From Amphiscolops sp. MND2022 (Eukaryota), in contig OZ076409.1 of NCBI GenBank assembly GCA_964187785.1, positions 79,920,001-79,980,000 on the forward strand: a DNA stretch of 60,000 nucleotides, given 5' to 3'. Both the position numbers and the translations under genes were made by a program. A model generated the notes under the pieces. That model searched no databases. It saw only the letters and a program-made list of their open reading frames with translations, and was not told the origin of the DNA. Shown here in pieces: positions 11,501 through 23,864 of this stretch (positions are counted from its first letter, which is position 1; each line of letters begins with the position of its first letter).

Positions 11501-14500
11501 GACGGGGTTGAGCTCGATCAGTTCAATCTCAAATGGCTCCGAGACCAGATCGGAATTGTGTCTCAGGAACCAATCCTATTCGGCTGTTCTATCAGAGAGA
11601 ACATCGAGTACGGCCGAGATGACGTCACTGCCGAGGAGATCGAACGAGCCATAGACGAAGCAAATGCTCGGGAGTTCGTCAGCAAATTGCCTCAAGTAGG
11701 TATTTCTAGAGTTTGAACTTGAACTCAGTCACATTTAAAGGAAGATGGAATTTGGTTTGTTACGTTTTAGGGTCTGGATACTTTGGTAGGAGATCGGGGT
11801 TCGCAACTGTCGGGAGGTCAGAAACAGAGGGTGGCCATTGCGAGGGCCCTTGTCAGAAACCCCAAGATACTCCTCTTGGACGAAGCCACCTCTGCACTCG
11901 ATAGCAACTCCGAACGCATAGTGCAAGAAGCGCTTGATAAGGTCGACATGATAAAAAATCGAAGATATTTATTCAGGAATCTAAGAAACTGTAGTTTCTT
12001 TTTTGATTTTTTTTGATATGCGTTTCTAGGTTTCTAAAACTTTTTATGATAATCTAAACATTTATCTTTTCTCAACATGTTTTCCTCGAGTAATAAGACT
12101 GAAACATCAGAGTTCGATTTTAGGCCCAAACAGGGAGAACTACAGTTGTGGTAGCTCATCGGTTGTCCACAATTAAAGACGCTGACCAGATCATGGTTTT
12201 GAGGAATGGCGAAACAGTGGAAAGTGGAACGCACCGGGATCTCATCAGTAAAAACGGAGTCTATGCCGAAATGACGAGGATTCAGAGCTTTAATAATAAA
12301 TCGGGTAATTTTTTAAATTTGGCTAGAAAACGTTTAAATAATACTACCCGCCTGGACGTATTGAATTATAAGGTTATAAATTTGTTTTCAGATGACGATA
12401 GCATCGAGGAAGAAAACAAATTAAAAGGTAAATTTTCATTGAATGAATTTTAACTTTTCGGTGTCATTTGAATTTTTAACCAAGTGAATGGAAGAGAAAA
12501 AAATGAGAAGCTGCACAGAAAAGGAATAGCTACTAGTTGCTGTCTTCAAACTAATTCCATTTTTTAGCTCTCACTCAAAGTTCGAACGGCGAATCCAGCT
12601 TAACTTCAAATGGCCACCAAGAGGAAAATGACAAATCGGACACAGCAAAGGAATCCGAAGGAAGTAAAAAGGTCTGAATTTCTAAAGTTCTTACTAATTT
12701 TCCCAGTAGTTCTGACCTTTCCATAGCATGTAAGTAAGTAAAAGAAAAATGAATTATATAATTTTATGATAACAATTATCATGAAAGATGGGATGCTTAG
12801 AATAGTTAAATTAAGTATAATCGAATTGACCACAATTCAATAACTTACAGGAGACCCTGCCTGGATTCTTGGACATCATGAAATTGAACAAACCGGAAGT
12901 TGGTTTCATCATCATCGCCTGCATCTTCGCTTTAATCTCGGCCTCAGCCATGCCATTGTTTGCCATCTTCTTCGCTGAACTCATGGAGGTTTCTGAAAAT
13001 GATTAATTTTCATTTCATTTTCGCTCCAGTTTCTGAGCCATTCTTTCCAGCAAAATACTGTTAATCATTTCTGAAGCCATCACTTGAATATTAACCTGAT
13101 GAAATTGATTTTGTTTGAAAATTGGCGAGTTCATGTAAAACAAAAGTTTCGGAGCTGGTAAGAATGAACGTGATAACCTCAGTGAAAAATGTTTCCAACT
13201 TGTGTTTTTTTGATAGTTTTTCCTTCCTTGAATTACTACTCGAATTAACTGGATAATGTTCTGTCATTTTAGGTGTTCTCATTGCCCCCTGATGAAATGC
13301 AGGATGAAGCCAACTTCTGGTCCCTGATGTTCGTGTGTCTCGGTCTCACCATCGGCATTTCGATGCTCATTGACTCATGGGCGCTCGGGGAGTCTGGATC
13401 TCGTCTCACCGAAAGACTTCGAGCCCAATCTTTCAAGGCCATGATACGCCAGGTGTGCATAAAGATGATTCACTTTGGTGCAAACGTTTAGCTCGTATTT
13501 TCAAGAAAGAAACTGAGCTCAAAGTCAAAATATAGATGTTTTATGAACAGTTTTTGTGTACTGGGAAATCTTTCGTTAAAAAAAGAAAGTTTGGCTGAAA
13601 TGCTCGATTGACTTTCATTCTGATCCCGAAGAAGTTCAATTGAATAAAGTAACACCTCTTTACCTGCTTTACCTGAAACGTCAAAATTGGCGAGTAATTA
13701 TTATGAAAGCATCAAAAAAATTTACATCGGTGCATCTCATTTGCTAATTTAGAATCTGAATATTGTCTTACCAGGACATGTCGTATTTTGACGACGAACG
13801 AAACTATGTGGGCGTTTTGACAACCCGTCTGGCTAAGGAGACTTCTCTAGTGCAAGGTGCCACCGGGGTCAGACTCAAATCTTCTTTGGAAGCAGTTTGT
13901 GGAATGGCAGTCGGTCTATTCATCGCTTTTTACTTCGGGTGGCCTCTGGCCCTGCTACTTCTGGGAATAACCCCACTTATTGGAATTGCTGGGGGCATGC
14001 AGGTCAAGTTCGCTACCGGATTCCAGGTCAATGACTCAGACGGGGCCCAAAGTGGCGGAAAGGTAGAAAATAATGACATGAATTTTCTTAGATTTTTAGC
14101 CTTTCCAAATGTTCAATAACTGCAAACGCGCCTACTTATTTCTATAAAAAGTGACACTTGAATTAATTTGTTTGATCTTGATGTTTTTGAAAGTTGCGAA
14201 TGAAAGACATTCTTTGCAATCATTGATGTCTTTGTGCTCTTAGATATACATCAATCACGATAACGACCACGGGTATGAGAAAATGGGAAATGTATTTTCA
14301 GGTAACCACGCTGCCAATCGTGTAAAATCAAAGGCAAGGGCTAGAAGTGGATTTACTTTGAAGTGAATATTGCTAACAAAATTCTAATGAAAATTATTTC
14401 ACTTGATTCGCTTCCCAAGCACTATAGGACAAAAATATTCTAGTGGACTTTCAGAGTCAATTGCTCAAAATGAGAATTTTGTTTTTCTAACTAACTCATG

Positions 14501-17500
14501 AGTTCCCTCCTGAGAATAACTCCTAAAAATTGCCTTTTCGTGAAACCAGACTTTTCCCAAAATATTATGTAGTTTCGGAAGATTTTTGTTTGAGGTCTTT
14601 AGTAGCAAATCGAAAATATTATTCTCATATTAATTGGATAGCGAGGTGGCATTCAGATAGCAACTTTTGGTGATTTAATTGGTTGAAATCATTGCAGTGG
14701 CCATATTCTATTAGTATTTCTATAATTTAGACTAAATTGCTTCAGATGTAATAACTTTTTTGTTTTCATGTCGAACTATAGCGATGCCGCCTTCGGATAC
14801 AACGACAACGTATGTATAATGATATAATTTGGTTATAGCGTTAAAAAACGCTTCTTCCTGATTTTTTTTGCGTCCTTTCAGGCTGAAATTAGGGTTTACA
14901 AACTAGCTAATGCCGAGAAGTTCATCGTTTCAAGTTGAATCAAACTAATTGTATTCACTCTTCTCGGGTATAATGAATATATGGAGACCAATCGGAAATA
15001 ATGTCAAAACGTCGGATTTAGCGCTTTTGATTAAGCGCAATGATTGTTCTCGACCGTATTTAAAAGACCTTAAGCAGGTGACAATTCCACCCGTTGGAAA
15101 AATTGCTAATCAATTTTTTCGGACAATCGATTCAATTCACATAATATAGGATTCGTTGTAAAAGCAATTCTTCGAAAGATTTCTTTTTTCCTCAAACTTG
15201 TCTGTGAGGAATTTGATCTTTTCAGGTGGTCAGAAGATGATGAGCATTCTTTGAATAAATTAAATGCAAATACACCTTTTGTACTTCTAGTTCAACTATT
15301 TCTTATTCACGTTCGTCGATTGAAATTCAAGTTGGGTAAAATTATAGTATCGTGTGTACAAGACCAACAAACAGTAGTTCAAGTTGAACTGAAGAATTCA
15401 AGTTTACCATTAACATTTCCAGACTAAAAATATCTTCGCGTAAACAGCGAGGCACATAACTCATCGCGTGATTCTCCCATTCTTGGCATTTCACTGCTGT
15501 TAACATTCCTGCTACGCAGCTCAATTTCTCTTTCCAATTTATTGAAAGGAAATTCTTTAAGTGTCATGCCATTGCGTCCGTTTTGGTCCGTCCGGATTGA
15601 GAAAAATATGCATGTTTTCAGCAAGTCTTGCTTTGAGGTCATTTTTCCAGCACGAAAAGGCGTTTTCTTTGAGATTAAGGAATGGGGAGTATTTTGAAAG
15701 TCGTTTGATAGGAAATGTTTCCCCTAGTGCTTCTTCTATGTTCCTATGACCAGGCGCATTATCAAATATGAGGTATGCTTGATCGTTTGCCCCGCGTTCT
15801 GCTATGATATTGGCACTCACTGCTTGCATTTCGGCCAGGCTGAGTAGCCACTGGTCGATACGCTCTTTCCTCTCTGATAGACCGTGCGAATGATCGTTTG
15901 ACGTGAATATTGCACTCAAATTCATCGACAAATATTTTCATTGTATTTACAGTTTGAGAACTCGGATAACATTCAGCATATTCTCTTCGCCACACCTTTG
16001 TATCAATGGAATTGCGATCCGTTGGATATACTCCTGAAAGTTTCAAAGTGTATGCAAGGCCGTCAATTTTGTTAGATAATGTTTTGTCAGAAATTTCGTA
16101 GCTTCGTTGGAAACTGATCTTTCAGCTTTGCGTTGAGTTGGCGCAACGTCAACAGAGGGTTACACTCGAGACATTAGATTAAGTAATCTCGCTTGTCATC
16201 ATCAAACGTCTGATACTTGTTTCCACCATGGGCTGGAAACGTCTCTCGAAACGATGGAATATGAAGTTATTCTGTTTATGCTCAGAAGCTTGGCTAAATA
16301 TACGAAGTCTTCGCCTCGACTGTACTTTTCTCGCAATCTTTCCTTGTCTTTCTGGGAAATTATCTGGTAGATATTTCTAGGCATAATACTTGAAAAATGA
16401 ATTGTTCATGTTGAATATTCGGTGTTGATCATGAACAACCGGAAGAGCGAACAAAACTTGAATGCAACTAAATCAACAGAAAGTTTTCATGTTGAGCTTG
16501 AACCGGCTTTATCTTGAACTTGAGGTTCAAAAGGTATATTTCATGAATTTGATATTTTGAAATGTCAACAGACCCTATGTGTTGAGCGTCATTATCAGCC
16601 CATTTAAATTGTTTGTTTGTCATTTTCATTTGATTGGTGCATTGAGTGAGATCTCAGCCACAGAAAGAACTTCACAGTTTTTTGCCTGTTTTGAATGTTT
16701 TTGAACTTTTTGAGTCAGAAACGTTCTAAATGGAACAATAATCGCCGTTTTTTACCGCTAAAACCTATGTCATTTTTAAATACATGTAGATCACCCAAAT
16801 GCTACATTTTGAGCCTGATATCTCACAAACGGGTGATCATTTTAGAAGTCGAAAATAATCAAGGTCTTCAGTAGATTTGGGGGATTTAATCGAGTATAAA
16901 ACTTGCCAAAAAAACTGAATGTAAGACGGATAATGTTTAAGAAAACGGAGAAAAGGTCAATGTTGGTCAAACTCAGAGATCTGTAACTTTACAATTTTTG
17001 TCCCAGAAAATTTCAAAAAATACAAATGTACACTAGATTAATTTCTGATAAACTTTTCATTTTTGTTGTTTTTCAAAATGTTTCAACCGATTTCGTGAAA
17101 TTCGTACCAAAAATTGCTCGGAGGTGATTTCTTAATCACAGTACTGTATATCAAGGTTGGATATAGAAGTAAATTTCTGACAGTTGATCTCGTGAATTAT
17201 ATCTTGAAGAAATGGAAACTTTTGAAGTCGATCAGTGGATGAGGAGCATCCTTCAGGTACATTGAAAGCAATTATTGCATCAAGTCTAACTGAGACTTGA
17301 AATGATCTCGAAACAAGTTTCAATAGTTTAAAATGTAAAAACCATGCGTTTTTGTGATAGAAACTTCTGTGAAAAAGCGTTGAACTACATGAACTTTCTC
17401 GAAAATTTTGTCAGGCCTAATTCCAATGAATTGCATTGCCATTTGAGTTTTCAGGCTTTTCAATTCAATTCATTGCGCTTTATATCTCGTAACGTTTTAT

Positions 17501-20500
17501 CAGAAAACTCAATGTTTTGAATATTTCTGCGTAAGCGAAAGTACGAAAACCGTAACTCCAGTTCAAATGTGAATGCGAATGTTATTGCTGTTTTCGAGTA
17601 AAAGTTTCTTTCATTCAAGTTACATAGCTAATAGTTCATGATTTGGATGCTTCCAGTTAAAATTAGTTTGCAAAAGTTCGAAACGTGAAAATCTTTTTGT
17701 GAATTGTTTTTCAAAAATCAAAAGATTAACTTTGCAAAATTTTCGGGGAGCATGAATAACGATTAAAGCCAAATTATGCTCAGTCATGCTTCAATCCTAA
17801 TACTTTGAATTTTAGACCCTTTTCCTTTAGAAGTTATTCCCGGAACACTTTTAAGACGTTATTTCTTCGACGTTATTCTCGCCCCTAAAATATTTTATAA
17901 TGTTTTCATACGAATATATGAACTTTTCAAAATTTGTTAGCAATCGGAATTTGTGGAAATTTTCCGCGAATTCCACACCTAGTCATATCTTTCGCAATCA
18001 TGCAGATTCTCGTTAGACAAATATCTTAGCATTTTACAGCTGTCTCTTAGTATCTTTGAAATCTTCAAGAATAAACGTTTTTTAATGAGTTGTCTTTGAT
18101 GAGCAAATGTTTACAGGTGACGACGGAAGCAATTTCGAACATCAGGACGGTTCAGGGCCTCGGTCTGGAGAAAAGATTGTTCAACAAGTTCCACAGCTCA
18201 CTTATCAACTCTCACAAGTATTTCAAAAAAATTTATATCATTTTCGTTTCGGTAATGGGTTTAGTATTATTACTTATCAATGGGGAACAATATTAAGAAG
18301 TTTTGTTAAAAAGAATGTTGAAAATGTCGAAACAAACACTGTCGCTATAAAAAAGTTTGAATTATCCAATCTTCAAAAATCCATTGCGATATTAAGTATA
18401 CCTAAATGTTTTCTAGTATTTAGAATACATTTAGTCTAAGTATACCTAAATGTTTTCTAGTATTTAGAATACATTTAGTCGGTTTCTGTTATATCCTGGA
18501 GACAATAGGTTTCATGTGACCTTGCTATAATACATGTCAGTCTGCTGGAGACCAATTTTTTAGGTCCAATATGAAGACAGCGCACATCTACGGATGGGCT
18601 CAGAGCTTCAGTCAATCCATGTTCTTCTTCGCATACGCCAGTGTGTTCCGATTCTCGGCCTGGCTGATCAAAAAGGAGATGATCGAACCGACAGACTCAC
18701 TCAGGTTACTCTTACAGTCATGCAGTGACTCATTACACCACAACATATGATTTTTCAGTGCTGGCTCCTTTTGTCCCAAGAAATAGACCGGCCTTCAGGC
18801 GTGTGTTACATTAATACCTTTTTTGAAAATTGCGAAGTTGTTATGTTTCTGGACAACGAGATGTGATAGAATAAACACGGTTGAAACAAATGCATGTAGA
18901 TCCAAACCTTGCATTGTATCAATTCGCAGAGTGCAAAACTTTGCTCCAAAAACTGATCCATCAATCAGGGTTAAGTAGTTGAAACAAAATTTGAGCCTTT
19001 AATTGGACGCTGTTCTCTTTCGCTTCTTAGAGTCACTTTCGCTCTCATGTTCGCTGCAATGGGCATGGGACAAGCCACCAGCTTTTTGCCAGACTTCGCG
19101 AAGGCACAGGTAGCTACCAAGGCGTTACTCAACTTGTTCAACCTTGCTTCTAAGATTGACAATCTCCTCCCAAATGGCTACCAAATATGGACATCTAAAG
19201 CAGAAACGACTGACGCAGGCACCGTGCACATAGAGTTCAAGGACGTTCACTTCCGGTACCCGTCTCGCCCAGACGCCAAGGTCATGAGTGGCTTCAGTCT
19301 CAAGGTCATGAAGGGCAAAACTGTGGCCTTTGTGGGTCCCTCTGGTTGTGGCAAGTCCACCGTCATGCAACTCATACAGAGGTTCTACGATCCGGAACAG
19401 GGAGAAATTGTTAGTGAAAACCGTATCAATTTCAACATGTTATGCTTTAAAAATGTAATCATTTCTTTAAAAAATTATTGGCTTTGAATCACGGGTTGAC
19501 TTCCGTATAATTAACATATGAATCATACAATGTCTTATATGAAGCATGAAATAAGAATTCAGTGGAGCAATACAATAACCATACAAAACTTTCTTTCATA
19601 TGAAAAGCATGCTTCAGCCATATTATTTTATGGAAGCATGTTTATCTTTCTATTATTGAATAAGGTCCTTCTATGCAAGTTCCTGTGCTCTCCTACTCTT
19701 TGAAAATCTGTTCAATACTTTGTTTGGCAAAGCTATTTCAACTGATAAGTTGAGAAACAAAATAGTTAACTGATAACTTGAGAAACAAGACTAAAATTGT
19801 TAAATCTAAGATCAAAAACATTATAATTAGACATCACTGACCACGATGGTTGGAGGAAAGAACGTCACCGACTATTTACTGGAACTGAACTCCAAAACAA
19901 GGTCGTCGAAGGAATTATTCTGAAAAGTAGAAACCAATTGAAAAAATTGTTTTGTTGCTTGTCCATCTTCTTTACGGCGCGCTTCGAGTCCCTCTAGGTT
20001 GGCCTTCGCACTTGCGTTTAGGGCATTAGAAGTATGCGACCGTGACATATCACAGTTGCCTTTTTTGGAAGTTTTTACTGCTTAAACTTTTGGACGTTGT
20101 TTACCGTCCCCTCACGAAAACCTAATTATCGAAATCACTGATCTAAGTGCTAATAAAAGCTTACTGCCGAGCTCATAAGAAACTAAAACAACTGAAGATA
20201 AAAAGTCACGCATGTAAGAAAAAAATATTTTTTAAATTTTAGATACAGCGAAAGTTTTCAATTTGTTCAATTTTCAGCAAATTGACGGCCACGACTTGAA
20301 AACACTAAGTGTGCGTGAAATGCGTAGACAAATGGCAATAGTAAGTCAAGAGCCCTCATTATTCAATGCGTCCATTGCTGAGAACATCCGCTACGGGGCG
20401 CTGAAAGATGATGGAGAATATGATCTCACTGTCACTGAAGATGATCTAATGCAAGCTGCTAGAGATGCGAATTTGGTAGAGTTTGTACCAAAACTTCCGG

Positions 20501-21642
20501 AAGGCTATAACACCAATGTCGGAGAAAAAGGTACTCAAATCAGTGGTGGTCAGAAGCAAAGGATCGCGATTGCAAGGGCACTGATCAGGAATCCAAGTAT
20601 CCTGATATTGGATGAGGCGACTTCTGCTCTCGACAGTGAAAGTGAAAAGGTTAGTTCTTCATAAAGTGAACTCCACTGTATCAGATGTTTTTCCAAAAAC
20701 TTCGGAAACAAATTCCATGCTTCGTTACCGACACGAAACGTTCACGTTGATTTCACCTTTTGATTTCTCAACTACTCATCTGATGATGTCACTGCTTTTT
20801 AAGTAGCACGCTAACAAAATTTGAACAGGTTAGAAATGAGTACTTATCTTATGAGAGCAGGACAAAACAGCTCATTTGAACATAACAAAATAGCCCTTCA
20901 TGACTGGACAAACTAGCTGATGTTGTTTTATAATATTTAAAATCGGCTGTTTTATCCCATTCAAAATTAGCCGTTTTGTCCTGCATCCATTCTTATATCT
21001 GCTGAACATGTTTGCAAAATACTACCTTTACATTCGTAATAATCCAAAATATATATCAATTTTTTTGAGGAGTCGCAAATTTAATAATAAAAGTGCGGCT
21101 GATGAAAAATGCCTTGAAATTGAAATTATCTGCGACTCAGCAATGCATTCGAAATTCAAATCACTTTTATCCCGGTCAAGAAATGGATGATTTTTTGCGC
21201 CTTTTTTCCACACAAAAGATCCCAAGAGCCAAAAAAAACTTCCAAAATGTCGAAATGGGAAGTACAATGTCTTGTGTCTTGCAACACTTTCGATCAATGG
21301 ACATTTGTGAATCAAGAGTTAAACGCCCCCATTACCAAAAACATACGCTACGGGGCGCCAACCAATTTACTAGCAATCAAACATTGAAGATATGTGATTT
21401 TTTGAATAGTTGGTTTGATCTTTTCCTAGGTAGTACAACAAGCGTTAGACGTTGCTCGACAAGGTCGCACGTGTCTGATGATAGCCCACAGACTGACCAC
21501 AGTGCAGAATGCAGACGAGATAGTGGTGATGGAACACGGGGGACATATAGTCCAGAGAGGCACCCACGAACAACTCTTGAAAGACACCGAAGGTCTCTAC
21601 TTCAAACTGTGCCAAGCACAATCTCTCACTGCCCAAAACTGA
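8515..21642 (+). CDS. ABCB1: Full-size ABCB/MDR P-glycoprotein-like transporter, 5'-partial, multi-exon. Exons: 8515-8686, 9186-9310, 10180-10465, 10726-10836, 10909-11034, 11492-11695, 11771-11941, 12124-12304, 12392-12427, 12568-12671, 12851-12988, 13273-13452, 13775-14062, 18117-18217, 18564-18704, 19031-19409, 20278-20649, 21430-21642
   Basis: GT-AG junctions in compatible phase. TMD1 ([12 protein letters not shown]..., [16 protein letters not shown]); NBD1 [39 protein letters not shown]2; NBD2 [36 protein letters not shown]; stop TGA 21640-21642. The symbol denotes family-level (ABCB1-like) assignment, not proven orthology. Confidence 0.93.
15424..16384 (-). pseudogene. Decayed IS630/Tc1-mariner-superfamily DDE transposase in ABCB intron
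   Basis: N-terminal HTH-like [17 protein letters not shown]...; [15 protein letters not shown]...[19 protein letters not shown]; split by frameshifts over ORFs 16202-16384, 15762-16046, 15557-15931. Confidence 0.85.
18393..18480. repeat. Exact 44-bp tandem duplication in intron
   Basis: TAAGTATACCTAAATGTTTTCTAGTATTTAGAATACATTTAGTC x2. Confidence 0.9.
20848..20997. mobile_element. Small MITE-like foldback in the last ABCB intron
   Basis: GCAGGACAAAACAGCTCATTTGAA (~20857) inverted vs TTCAAAATTAGCCGTTTTGTCCTGC (~20960). Confidence 0.5.
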
Positions 21643-22167
21643 ATCAAGAGCCAACCCGAAGCCAATTAATGTCTTAGTATCCAAATCATAAAATGCATAT
21701 CTCAATATTCTAGTTTGACCTCCGTTTAGCTATATTTTAAGTATTAGAAGCTATTTTCTAGAAACAGCGCTGCCATGCCAATTATAGGTTCTGAAAGCTA
21801 AGTGAAGCATATTGCTGATATGAAAAATTCATATCAAAAATTCAGTTTTCAATTTTTTTCAATGGTTATAAAAATCTAGTTTGAGATCTAACTTGAAATA
21901 GCTTATAAAGTATTGGCATGGAAGTTCATTAATACATTTTCCTTCATATGTGTTCCTTACTCTCTCCTTTTTACCCAATGAACATTATTTGATGTTAGTT
22001 GAAAATTTCCTAATGCCAGTGATATTTCCGACGTGATACAGTAATACACTCATGAGCAATACATGTCTACTCTTTAATACTTCGGCAGTTTACTAAACAT
22101 AGACTAAACATGACGGTATCGATGTTTTAAATAGAACTCGCATATATGAAATATTCGATTCATTAAA

Positions 22168-22700
22168 AACAAGCCGGGAACGGCCCAATTCGGCGCCATA
22201 TCTAGGGCTCAAAAAGACTCGAAAACTAAAACCACTTTTTCTACAACTGGAGACAACAAAAGCTCTCAAAAAACTAAAAATTGAGAAAAAAAATCCGAAT
22301 TTTTTTCGAATTTTTTTGAAGTTTCCGGTAAGTCGCATAGTGCCAAAAAATGTAAAAGGGGGTGACGCTTTGGGATTTTTTGAACATCCATTCTGTTGCA
22401 AAATATCAAAAATTGATGGGAGGAACAATAAAAAAATTCGGAAAAAAATCAGTCTCACAGTGCCGAAAAAAGGAGGAAAGTCTCATAGTGTCGAAAAGAG
22501 TGGACCCTTCTGCTTTGGAATGGTTTTTTTTATCTCATGTTAGAGGCTTTGGATGCGTTGAAAATGAAGTACTAAGTACATATGGTAAAAGTTGGTAAAT
22601 GTGCATTAATGCAAAAAAAGTGGACGTTACGCGTTGAACTGACGAAAAAAAACTAGCCACTGTAAGAGTCGGGATTTTCTTCGAAAACGCCGACTAAAAA
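22168..22700 (-). mobile_element. HINE-like element, reverse orientation
   Basis: AACAAGCCGGGAACGGCCCAATTCGGCGCCATATCTAGGGCTC ... AGTCGGG...CGCCGACTAAAAA. Confidence 0.65.
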
Positions 22701-23864
22701 ACAGAACACCTCGAGGTTCACGAAAATAGTACTTTTATTCATACAAATGATTAAGGGTTCCGAACTTCGCCGAAGGGTTCCGAGTTTTTTATGGAACAAT
22801 GTTTCATTTCAGTTTTGCCACCAATCAGACTGTCCTCTTTAAATTGGATGGAAAGCTTATTTTTTTTGAAGCCGAACAACTTATTAGCTTTTTGTTTGAA
22901 AATATAGTTTCAGGTCACAAAAATGTGACTGCTCCCAGCTGCTATTTTAATTTTGATTTTATCCGCCAAATAAGTCGTTCTTTCTCATGACCATGCAACC
23001 ACATCTCTAAGCTAAGAATGAATGGCCTAATCAAGGCCCAACAAAGGTGAGCTAGCCTAGTTGGAACTATTTGGTTTCAAAGCTTTCAATAGACTCATTT
23101 CCAGCTACCAGATATAGCTCGTACAAATTCGTGATAATTATAACTGCAATACAGATTAACAATAGATTCCGATAACAAACTCAACACTACTGGGAATTAC
23201 GATAATAATAATAACTTTTATTAGACTCTCTATGTACAAATTTTTAATATCATTCAGACTCCCTCTGACACGCTAGACTCTCTATGACCCAGCTGGAAAA
23301 ATTAATTTGTAAATGTTTTAAAACAACAGGAGTTTCGTTTCTCAAAAAAACATATGCCGAGTTAGTTAGATGGCATAAGATTACAAATGCAATATTTTCC
23401 AAATGTCTAACTCTTGATTAACATTACTTTCAAGGCTGAAAACATTTATTACTTGTTATTTGATATTATTAGATTCTTTATGTCCACCCAGCGGGGATTA
23501 TCGGAGGTCACGTGACCTAATCTTATTCTGACGTCACAGCTTCTCATTCGTTGTTCATTTCATTCCGCATACTAGACAGCAGGTCTAACAGCATTCTACA
23601 CTGTTTGTATTCAATTCTTATGCTACACTTCTGGCCTGCTTACTCTCTCAACCTTTTAACTATTAGACTCTCGATGATTTTGGTTCTCGATTATCAGACA
23701 ATATATGAGTTGAAAACGATTATTATAGGACAATTAATGAATTAACTTGTCATTTTGTATGCGATTGTCCTTTTTTTGCCTCTCTTTCTTTTTAACTGAT
23801 CAAGGCAATGTAACAAAGTGTATACAAAAGTTTACACTACAACTAAACGAAACGAAATGTATGT

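Noticed and set aside
21093..21677. 194-aa ORF as a separate gene
   Set aside because: Intron sequence plus an alternative frame of the last ABCB exon
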